From Phoronis australis (lineage: Eukaryota; Animalia; Phoronida): a stretch of 64,000 nucleotides of DNA. Shown here piece after piece: positions 1 to 12,200 of the stretch; within the stretch, counting starts at the first letter, position 1, and the number at the start of each line of letters is the position of its first letter. The translations under genes were made by a program, and so were the position numbers. The stretch spans positions 62,001 to 126,000 of the forward strand of contig NMRA01000003.1 of assembly GCA_002633005.1 (NCBI GenBank), written 5' to 3'. Below the pieces are notes generated by a model, which was not told where the DNA came from, searched no databases, and saw only the letters and a list, made by a program, of their open reading frames with translations.

Positions 1-267
1 AATATTGATGATCACACTTTTTTGAGCACAACTTGGAAAACTGGAGATAGTCAACATGTTGATTATTTTAGGTTCAGCATATTTTAGTGGTCTCCAGTAC
101 ATGAGAAATCACTCAATCTGAGTTACTTTTAATCTCAGGTAATTTAAGGAACTGAGTTAAGTTTGACGATCACGAGCACTGACTATTGAAGATCATATTT
201 TTGCAACAGCATTAAGAGACAGATGTGTTGACAGCTTTTCATTTCATTTGATGTTAAGGAAACTAAC

Positions 268-3200
268 CTGTTTTGGATCCCAGACTTTACAGACAAGTCA
301 GACTGCCAGAAGATGGCGCCCATAATCACACCCGTAATTAGAGTGGTCATTAGCTGTAGAAGACAAGTAACATCGCAGCACAATCAACACAGAGCATTTT
401 CCGTTTTCAACTGAGCACACAGTGAGACATTCGACTGCACTTGATTCACTCTACCGGTTCAGCCGGGTCAATTGTCTAAGACATCTGATTGAATTGTAAC
501 CTGGGTAAAGCGGCGAACTGAATTATGTGCAATAACTGAGGACTTTTTGACTTGTCGGTGTATTAGCCAAATATCCACAAAACTACTTACTTGTTACAGA
601 TTTCGACTCATTCAATAAAAATATAATCTCTGAAAGTAGAAATCCTGTGGAATTTGATTCCTCGCGTTATATCAATCTCTTAGTATCTGGATCATGTGAC
701 GATGTCTTTTTAGTAAAATTTAGTTAAACAAAGATATCAATAACTATATGACCAAATTTTGTTCGATACAAATGTTTTTTATAAAAATCATAAAAATCCC
801 TTCTTGAGTCTCTCACGCAAAAGTAGAAACATTTCAAAACAATTCCTAACAGGCTTTTTAAGAACAGTGCATAACCGATCATGGTATATGGAAGTTTCGT
901 ATGAATTTGATGAGCCATTTCTGAGATATGAAGTTGTGAGGTTTGCCAAATTTGGCCATTTTCCTAGTACATAATTAATAAGCACAACACAAGCAATTAC
1001 CAAAACAGAAATTTACACAATCATCTTTAGAAGCTCACTGATGTAATAGACAAGTTGCAATACTCTCTTTAATGTGCATGGTTAATTAATTCCCGGCGTT
1101 GAAAAGGCAATTACCGATTTCTCTACATTATTTGCTACACAGATAACCTCAGTCTATAAAGGAAACAGTGGAAACAAACAGTAAGCACAACCATTGCATT
1201 ATGAATGCTCTAGCAAATGTAAGATATGTAGTTAACAGACAAACCTGCATAACAGACGTTTGTGGGTTTCTAGCAAGATTTTTGACAGCTCGCCCAGACA
1301 CGTGATAACACTGGAAAAACAACACAATTTCAAGTGGAACAACACTGGTGCTCCGCAAACAACATGTATCAAAGGGCCATTAGGAGATGCTGCGGTAATC
1401 AAACCTGCCCGAAAATTGAATGGTGCCAGCACACTGTCATCATATACCTCATTGTCAAGTTTCATTGAAATCCATCAATAAGTTCTTTAGATATCATCCA
1501 GAAATGTTCTTCTCAAAACATCATTAATTTTAAAAAGTCATTTGTCGAGAACAAACCGCCACCAGGAGGCATTCCAGTGGTCAAATCCCCTGAAATCAAT
1601 GGAACTAGCGCATGCTCATAAAACCTTGGTTTAATCAGACACTCACTGACACTGGTCATACGGTGAAACACTAAAAAAGGTAGACATGTCAAATTCTGGC
1701 TAAAAAAGTACATACATGAGCATATAAACAGACACAGAGCATTGAGGGAACTGTTTGCACTAATTCCAGTAACCAGAATTATCCTGAAACAAGATAAAAA
1801 TTTAACTCCTGTATGATATCATAAATACAGGAATATTACCCAAATCTTCATAAACTTGGAACACCTAGTCTTTAGACAATATTTTGATTGCTTACCTGAG
1901 TAAGAAAACTAGTAGGATACACCACTCTGGCCTTCTTTATATGTATTCCACTGTCAAGATGATCTTGATAGTCTTTGTAGATTGGATCCAATAATCCTTC
2001 AATGCTAATGAAATGAAATGATTCAGTTCATCTTCTACTTACAGAGAAACAATAGACTCGGACAAGAATTACTAAGAGCTTTATACACAAACAAAGCAAA
2101 ATAAGGCCCAAGAGAGCTGTCACTTAAAGTAAAAAATAGGATTAACCTCAACATTAAGTGAAAGTTCAGTCACAAATTGTATACAAGCCCAAGCTCCATA
2201 TACATGGGATGAAACACATTTAACATGTGATTGGCTGTACCATTGCATACACTAAGGATCAGGGGCCGGTTCCAAGACAACTGACTTAGCTCAGACAAAT
2301 CTTAAATTTAAGTCAATTGTAAGTTAATTATTAAATTTGTCTAAAGTCCGTTTCAAGAAAGTGAACTTACTGGATGTGGAAGTTTCAAAAATAAAAAGTT
2401 GAGACAAATCTTAGACTTAAGTCAAAAATGAACACCAGTCAGTTTCTTGAAACGGGCCCCAAAACTTCATCAATGTATTTGTAACATTTCACTTCAGTTG
2501 TAAGCTTCATATAATCAATGACTTTATCTGTATGACATAATGTTCACATTTATTATAGCGACAAACACATTTTACAATAATTTGAGAATTGATATAAATT
2601 ACATTATTATAATTGCATCTTGATTATGTGACCTTCCAAAAAACGCAAATTCTGTTGAGACACAGAAATGTAAAATTCACATTAACATCAAACGTACATG
2701 ATTATAAATATTTAGCACATTTTTAAACGCTAAGTTGCATGAAACTTCAAACCTTATCTGGGCACAGTTGCATAAAATTATACACTGGTAGCAACTATGA
2801 CATCAAATCATCATGATGCCATGTGAAAAACAAATTTATACTGTGGATAAGTTTTAAAGTATTACGCTACCTGGCCGTGATGGATAAGATTGATCGTTAC
2901 ACAACATCAAGCGCATTATTCTACAATAGCACTGGGCTGCATAACTACAACATCATTGATGTAACGCAGCGTTTAATCTATACGTAACCAGACTCAGGTA
3001 CTGAGATTCTTTCTCAAGGCTGATAGGAAAGTTTTACCTGTCGTGCCAGGGTGACTTAACATAATGTTCTCTCAACTGCAGGGATAGATCTGTATCACCT
3101 TCAGTGCCTTTCTCTGATGTTCCATTGGAAGCTAAAATGTAGAAATATAAGTCATTCACCAATCAATAAACACGTCCAGTAAACAAACAAAATCATGTGC

Positions 3201-6200
3201 ATTACAACTGGACATGAGAGTAAGGCCTGTTAAAGCAATATTTTTGAAAGATATCAACTGGATTGCCAAAAGTTTGCAATAATGCCATTCAAAATATTCT
3301 GGGCTGTTACAAACTATTTTTCCTTTTTGAAGTGCATTGTAAGATGCCATTGTTGTTGGTAAAATCCGGTACTTGCACGGGCGGCCATGTTTTCAAGAAG
3401 TCCACCTTAGTATGAGTATTTTACTGCCACTGTTTGTAGGTCTCGACATTAAGTATTACAAGGTTTTAAATTATTTCTACTAAAGCCTTGATATCATTTC
3501 AATTGCAAGTTATCATTATTACAAATCACCCGGACATCGGCTGATTGGCAAAGCCAAGATCTAAGAGATAAAATCAACTTTGTGAATCATCTGACTGATG
3601 GCATAAATGTCAAAGGTTGTTTTTGGCATTTACTTGATTATTTTAAAAGAAAATCCATTTCAATGCCAATAAAAATTGGCTTGCTTATTCTAACTTTGGG
3701 TAGTTCTCCACCACACCACTGTGCACACACAGGACACATGACCAATTCAAAATAGTGGACTTGTGTATAATTCATCATAAATGAAATGAGTGTTCACGTT
3801 TCCAAAACTATTATGACAAATACACATGACAGCATAACTAATGTCAGAACTCCATACTATTTGATGAAAAAATTTAATGGCATCTGCAAATTTTCATAAC
3901 AGTCTTATGTGCAATTCGGCAGATGGAGAGATGGACGCCAAACAACACTCACATATACTAAAAATGGGCATAGCTTTTCATTTTCATAATTCTTCAAGCA
4001 ATTTGGCAAATGGAGAGGCAGAGGCCAAAAAACGACTAAGAAATTTTTAAATAGCCACTAGGAGCGCAGACTGTGTCAAATCAGTCTGAAAATAGGACGG
4101 CATCGTCATCTCCTTAATAGACATCCATTTGCCAAATTTGCTCAGGCGGAGATGACATCAATATGCACCCATATTATGTATACGTGGGCGCATAAAACCA
4201 AACCAAATATAAACGAGTTGCTGAAGACAACCACTTCTTAACCCTTTTTCTGAATTTTGAGAAGACAAAAAACAAAATTCAAGCATTCTCAAAAACAGAT
4301 GACATTCATTAACTTTCACTGTGCCAAAATAAAATTTTCAATTTTGTGGCTTGTTACTCAAACAAGTTGTTAGTCACTTCTTGACATTTGCTATTTTGAT
4401 TGATAGTAACAATATGTTTATAACAGCAGTCTGACCTCATCGGTTCATTAATGGTCAATCTAATAAGCCCTTAATAGGTTTTATGGCCTTACTTTCAAAG
4501 CATGTGACGTCAGTGCAAGAAACAAACTGAAATGAAAAACACCCACACAATAGTGTTCTTTTCAATACTACAGTGGACCCCGCTAAATGTAATACAGATA
4601 ATAGCTAAGAACATCCCAGATATTGTAATGAAATGTCAATAAACGAATCATATCCCATTAAACCCAAATTAATTAAGTTGCATAATGTCATGATTTGTCG
4701 TATCCCTGGATATTGTCATTAAAAAACACTCAGATAAAATTGATTTTCACCTGCTTATCATGGTACTATAATGTATCCTTACTTTTCTATCTAAAAACTA
4801 AACTAAATTCATCTTCAAGTCATTTACATTATCAGAACTGTGTGACGGGAGTAGAAATCAACCATTTCCTGCTTAGCTGCCTTACACTCAGATTCCCAAA
4901 AGCAGTAACACGGTACATGACAGTCGTCACTTGGGAGGCTTTCCAATTTCAGATAAGTTCTTATGATATAAATTTGTAAACTGCTCTACAAGCCCAGTGA
5001 ATAATAATCACTAGTTATCAAGTAGTTACCCCAAGTCATAAGCTGCTTAATGGAATATTACGTTATGCAAATGATGCCTAAACTACCCACATGTTGTATG
5101 CATATAAGTGGAAGTCCTGTTAATATGATTTTGGACTATTTGTGGATAGTTGTGGGACACATTAAGTGCTGTCTTTGTCTCAGGGCAGCATGTCAGCAGC
5201 TAGTCCCATGTTTGCACACAGAGGCCAATATAATGCAAGTGAGTGGGAAGAATGCCCTTTTGATCCTACTCTAGGTTTCATGAAGATGGAATATTACAAA
5301 ATTGGAAAAAGGGTTGGAGTGAGAGAGGTCAAACCTTCCATCAACATTCCTTACCCGTCTTTGACTCCAGTGTAGCAGCCACAGCAGTTGAATCTCCATT
5401 GATGACGTCAAGGAAGAAATCAGGAGGGTTATTATGCACCTCACAGTCATAGCCTGAAACAGGGAGTATCTAACTTAGGAGGCCTATCATGCACCTGATA
5501 GTCATAACTTGAAACACACAGTCTGTTACCTAAGTTTTAATTAATTTTACGCTTATTCAACAAAATCAGAAGTGTGATGTAACACAGTTGCTTCAGTGCC
5601 ACTCCCCCAAGTTTCAAGTTCCATTTTTTTTCTAAAAACTATAGACTGACAACTAACTGCGAGTCCACTAGGGCCCATAAAGAGATACACCACACACCAC
5701 ACAGTTAGTCGACTTCACGTCACAAGTAACTCACAGCACAATGGTAAACTATATTCATCACTCTGTTGATGAATATCAGCTGAATTTCAATGATTGTATG
5801 ATAGTGATATACATGCACAATCACAGGGGCAGTGCACAAAGGGGGATATTAAAGGAGCACGCCACCCCAAAAACAACCTAATTTGTATCAATTTAGATCG
5901 AGTAGTTCTACTCCATAACGACACGTACGGTTGCGTTACCTGACACCTGACGGCAGACGGAGGTGTTAAAATTATCCAATGACGTCATCGGTTTCACACG
6001 CATTCTGTTCAGCAGTTCATAACACGGGTTACTGGTGTCAGCTTATCGCTTGAAGTCATCGTTTAACACCAATAAATCATCAAACTTCGATGTAAAACCC
6101 TTAAAAATACACTGAGTTCTTATAAAAACGTGTTGTTTTATTTCGCTCTTACGGATTTATTGGTATTTGGACACACCGTAGCCTACAAAGTTCGGCAGGC

Positions 6201-9200
6201 CGGGGTCCGTAGCAGGAGTTTGGGGTCTGTTCAGAGATAATTTCAAGATACAGACAGGAGAACCTAGATCTGTGTTGTTTAGACTAATGATTTTTTGAGT
6301 TCTAAACACAAAACGCTTGTTATCCTGGCTAGTGGCTCGGAGCCCGATCAAGCCCGTCGCGGCCGGCCGGATTGACTTCATTGTTATCCCGGCCAGTGGC
6401 TCGGAAACTGACCAGACATTATGAACATAAACCAGCCAACGTTCAGTGGAAACTAAACTTCGGGTCAAGAAAATACTATACTAGTGAGCCAAAGTAATGT
6501 GCACGTGATTATGTTACTGAATTAGCCACGAAACTGCAAATCCTTACTCGTCGGGGGCCGCGAATTCCAAGTCACTCGGGTTCCGCTTTGGCCACAACAC
6601 CGTCTGGGCAGAAGTTGTACATTGACAATCATTATTTGAGTAATGTAAACGTAAATAAAGATTCCTCTAACACCTAGCCGTGGGATGGAAATCGAGTTGT
6701 TTCACAACAGTTTCTGCCAGCAAACACTAAATTAGCATGAGCTCACACGGCCTCGGTGTCCCGTCAATTAGTTTTATTGCACCTAAAGCCGGTAACGCAG
6801 CGATTTATTCATTGCTGGCTTCTCAAACCATTTGCACTCACAAACACTCCAAAGGCATTGTAAATTGCATCTAATGAGACAGACTTTGTTTCTTTTGGTT
6901 AGGGTGAGAAGGCATTTTGAAACAGAACGCTCAGTAGGCTAAACGCCAACATGGCAACTCTTGAGTCGCAATCCCGCCAGGACGAGCTAGAGCTCATCAG
7001 TCCCGACTTCGCGGGTGGATCGTTAAGTTTTACAGGCTATCAATTCGAACAGGAATACAGTGATGAAGAAATACTAGAGAGGCGCCGTGAACAAGCTCAG
7101 ACAACGGAACATGGAGTTATTTGGTAAGCCGGCATTGGTCACTGAGGCACTGTCGACGTCTGCATGCTACAGACACGGAGATGTTTCACGGCCTCATACT
7201 TGCTATTTACAGCGTACATTTCATTCTTCACTACCATGAGCAACTTCTTAAGCATTTCGGACTCTCGAGGAAGTAAAAAAACGATACACCCGCTTTCCTT
7301 GCAGCTGCTTAGTTCGGACAAGTGGGAACAATGCACCGCAACATATCGGCATTCACTCTGCATATGAACCATTGACGTCGCTAGCGTCATTTCTCACCTT
7401 CCTCACAGGTTAACGCGACACCTCTTGGCAAGGTAAGGTCGACCGTATGCGAGGCGATGTGGATATAGACTGATTAAGACGGCAAAAAAGACTAAGTTAA
7501 ATCGGGTGGCATTCTCCTTTAAGGTTATCTCCAACCTTATTTAGTGACCTCCAACCTTATTTAGTGACCTCCAACCTTATTTAGTGACCTCCAACCTTAT
7601 TTAGTGACCTCCAACCTTATTTAGTGACCTCCAACCTTATTTAGTGACCTCCAACCTTATTTAGTGACCTCCAACCTTATTTAGTGACCTCCATTCTAAC
7701 TCGTATATAAAAAACTAAGCTTTGTCAACTAGTAAAAGTATATATTTTCTGAAAGAACAAAGACCAGGAAAATAAAATATAAATATACTTTTTGTATTTA
7801 TGTTCCATTACTATTTTTACGTAAAAACCTTTTTTAAGTCAAAATTTCATTTTTAAAAAAGGTACATTCATAGCAAAATAACCTCTCGGTCGATTTTAAT
7901 GAAACCTTCACCAGTTACCTCAAAAACGCTGTTTAGAATTTTTGATTAGTCTGTTCGTTTGGTTTCTATAACAAATCAACTCGCAAAACGTAAGGTGTTT
8001 TTGTAAAAAATTGAAGATGTATTCGTCTTTGTCACATTATGCAAAAACTAGGCCTTTATGTTGAAAATCCTAACAACATTTTTGAGATTGGTGACTAAAT
8101 ATTAAGTTTGGAAAGTTTCAGCGAAAACCATCAAGGCGATTTCGAGAATTAGTCTTCCTAAGTTCAAATAAAGTCAATTTGCTGAAGCAAAGAAAAAGCC
8201 GATTAAACTGGGACACGTGGTAATCTCAAAGTCTTCGGTAAATTATTCGGTGAAAACTTTTTTTCAAAACACATAACCTATATAATCCTTAACTATATTC
8301 GCTATTTCAACGTTGACTTGCAATGTTAACTGATTTTGCAGTGCGTAACTAACTTAATTATTATTAAAACCTCAAATAGACGTATCTTTCCAAGCCAACT
8401 TTTACTGTTTTGTACGACCTACTTTGTAAGTGTCACAGTTCATAGCCTGTACACGTCACTAGCTGGGAGACTGATACCAAACCATGTAAGAAATGGATAA
8501 CAAAAATCGAATCGGTGGTTAAAGTATGTCGTTAGCATAAGATTGAAACATCGAAATGTTAACTTAATAATTGAATTAAGGAATTAGGGTGAGGATTTAT
8601 GTCTTTTCACAACTTTCTGTGTTCATGACCACAGAGGCCTGAGGCAACTCATAAAATTCGTTTTCAACGCCAACAGTCGTATGCATGTAGACGCATAACT
8701 CTCTTAGGATCAAAACTACATTTTGTCTTTGTTTTCCCCGGCACCATTCTATCATAAGTACACCTCGTTGGCTCAAAGTTATGGCGACTTTGTGAATGAA
8801 AGGGCTGAGGGTATACGTAGCTGTTTTGTACATGGTGGGAGATTCGATTTAATTGAAACCCCTTTAACCTTTGACCTTGGATAAGTAGTAAACAAATATT
8901 CACGTGGTTGTGCGGTTCCAAGGTGGTTCAGCTAAACCTTTTTTTTTCTCGCTACGTGGTATATATTTTGTATTTGAAATTCCCCGAGAATGAAAATAAG
9001 GTATTTTGCTAGACACAAGTGAAATATTGTAAAAATGGTCAATTTTTGTGAATAAGGTTGGAGATATCCTTAAGTGCCCAGTGAGTGCACCACACACTGG
9101 GAGGTATATTCACAGTGTCTTACCTATTGAAGAGAAGTAGTCAAGCGCCTCAGCTGATTGCCCATGGTAAACCATCTGACCCTTAGACAGGAGGGCCATT

Positions 9201-12200
9201 GAGTCAAACAACTTGAAGATGGAGAAGCGAGGCTGATGGATGGAGAAAATGATAGTGTTCCCCTTCTTTGACAACCTGTAAACAAAACATTGCCTACAGA
9301 TACGTTCCACATAATACCGGTTGAAAATGACACATCATGACCTTTCAAAACGGCTGTAGTAATTTCTTGTCACAAATTCTTCTCATGATGACACAATGGT
9401 CTAATTATGTAGGGAAACGAAGCACATTGGCCTAATTTCCAATAAATGTCCTAAGAGTGACAACAATGAAAGTTTTGCTATACCCTTTGATCACTAAGGA
9501 TTTGTGTTTTTTCGAAAGCTCTTAGCCAATTTTTTTAAGCCCAGTATAAGTCGTAAAATTTTTGACATCTTGCATTCGGAAATGATATAATAGTACATGT
9601 GTGTAAAGCTACACATTCCCACTACACGTTCAGACCAGTGACCGACGAATGTGTAAATTTTTGCAAATTGCGATTCTTTTTACTGCTTATTACATCAAGG
9701 CATAGGCTTTGGTCGCCATGCTGATGATGTGCACAGTGAAACAGGTATAAACCTAATAAACGATATGAAATTCAACTACAAGTTTTTTAATGTTAAGTAC
9801 ATGTGCATGTAATAGTTTTAATCCGATGCAACAACTTACCACAAAAATCTCGAATCTCATAAGCAGTAGTGGGCAACAATTACATTGCATTGGGCATCAA
9901 CATTTGGGGAGCAGTGTAATCACATTAAAGTACCTGGAGGGTTGTTTATGATTGATTAGCTCTGAACTATAGTAATGTGAACAGCTTTTCCACTCGACTT
10001 AAATTGTCGATCATGAGGGATGGATACTATGCAGGACAATTCCACTTTCTCACAATCACCATAGCCTGGAATTTTGCTTGTGCTCAGCTGTCATGACACA
10101 AAAAAATGGTTTATTTCGTCAGCTTTCTTTTGGCTTGTACTACAGCAGTTATTAGGTAGATGAGATAACGACTCATTTTAAACAGTGATCCCAGGTAGTT
10201 TTCCCAGCACCGAACTCTTAGATTTGTGCCAAGTGTCAACATTCAATTCACAGCAATCGTGGGAACGAGACAAATTGGAAACATAACTGTTTCTAGTTAG
10301 TCTAGCACATGGAACAATCCAGAGGAAAGATGTCAAAAATGTCATTACTAATAATTAGCTAATAATAAAATTCCTTCCAATAGAAGCTACAGTAGTTGAA
10401 TCAATCCAAAAGTTGATGAATGAATCACATCTTTGATACCAATGTAACTCTAAGTTTGGTAATGATTCATCAAAGGACTTAACCCCTTTTACCTGTGACA
10501 CAAACGTGACATTTTTGACATGATTGCTGAAATCAAGGTCAATTGCACACATTTCCACTACAGTTGGGTAAATGCCCCCAGAGCAGTAACACCACAGCAA
10601 TAGTCATTCTGGAGTCAAGACCAGAGGCAAAATAATCTTTTTTTCTTTCTGGAATGCGATGCTTACCTCTGGAGCAGTAACATGACAGCATTAGCTGTGC
10701 TGGAGTCCAGACCTGTAGTGGGCTCGTCTAGGAACAACACATGGGGTTGATTGATCAGCTCCATACCAATATTTGTCCTCTTGCGCTCACCTCCGGAGAC
10801 CCCACGAATAAACTCAGTACCCACCTACAATAACAAGGGAATAGTGTTCCGATAGTTTTTGAAACTTGAATAACCGTGACTATTCTAGTTTAGAGTTGCC
10901 AATTTTCACTTTACCTATTCAGATGTCCAAGTATGTGGCTAAGAATAAAGCGGACATTTAATGATCAAACATATCTGCTGACAATTGGACAACGTCAGGT
11001 ATTTAGTGGAAGTTGACATTATATTACAAGTAACATCCTGCCAGGTAATAATGATGACAAAGTTACCAATGTTCTCACTACAATGGACATCACCAGAGCA
11101 GACACCGCTGAAGAGGATGTAAATTTAAGGCACTATCAGATGATGTGATTGTAGCGTCACTTAAACTAGGAAACGATGCTAACCATATCTGCCACAGTAG
11201 ACTATATGTTAGGCTAACAAATCCTCGAGCAAATTCGTGAAATACTCGTGTCATTTTGTGTTATTTTGCTTTCCTTGTATTTAACATTCTAGAAAACTCC
11301 TATTTTATGATTGAAGAGAGAACTTCTACCAATGCGTATTCACTTTGCCACTGGGAAAAGCAAAGACCTTCAGAAAAGGGAATTAGATATTTCAAATTAA
11401 AACAAAACAGTGGCTGTCTGCTCAAACTGTATTGGTGATTACATCACTTTATGTGGCACAAGATTAGGCAGCCTGCTTCCCCATACCCTCATTTTTCTAC
11501 AAGTACAATTAATGGATTGAGCGAAGAGAACAAGGGTCAGACATTAAAATTGTCAAGGGACTTTTTTACCAACCTGTACCTTGGATGGCATCTGATTAGG
11601 CTATTTTTTAAGCACCAATCAGCGTTTCCGATGACTGAGAATCAGAAACTTATATACTTTATGACTGAAATTTCGAAAGAAAACAGCGATAATTTTTGCT
11701 AACTCATCGCCATGTTGTTACTGACCAAAGTTTTCTAAAGGGTCACAAGAGGGCGCTGCAAAGGAATGTAAAGAAAGTTCCCCATAACATCTAGTAGGTG
11801 CCTTGGCTGAGCATGCACACTTCAACTAAAACCCATAAATTGCGTCAGCCGAGTATTCTCGCTCTAATGGTGGCAGCAACAAGAACTTTCCAGGCATAAT
11901 GATCTGGGTCATGTGACAATTGGTGCCTTTTTACGAGTAATCATTAGATGAGCATTCGCCCACTATCAGTACGTACCTTTGTGTCTGCACAGTGAATGAG
12001 ACCCAGCTCTCGTATTATGTTATCAACTCGTTCTTTACGCTCCTTCTGTGACACAGAGGACGGCAGTCTAAGTGAAGCTGAAAACGTTAAGTTCTCTCGT
12101 ACTGTCAGCGTCCCCATGACAACATCATCTTGTACCACGTAACCCGCCATACACTTGAAGTTAGCAGGCTGAGGTCGTCCATTGATTAACACGTCACCTG

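Larger units (their letters stand above)
5853..7518. mobile_element. Kolobok-like non-autonomous DNA transposon (internal deletion derivative) in an ABCG2 intron
   Basis: TTAA at 5849-5852 and 7519-7522; TIR AGGAGCACGCCACCC / GGGTGGCATTCTCCT (13/15); AG..CT termini typical of Kolobok; THAP-like and KolX-like remnants inside. Confidence 0.75.

Noticed and set aside
437-532. Imperfect hairpin as a candidate ncRNA
   Set aside because: Pairing is good only in the outer 13 bp; more likely a decayed MITE.
7531-7690. CRISPR-like appearance of the 20-bp repeat
   Set aside because: Units are head-to-tail with no spacers, no cas genes are present, and the context is eukaryotic.
9481-9750. piggyBac-like MITE (TACCCTTTGATCACT ... 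CAGTGAAACAGGTATAA)
   Set aside because: TIR too degenerate and no intact TTAA pair.
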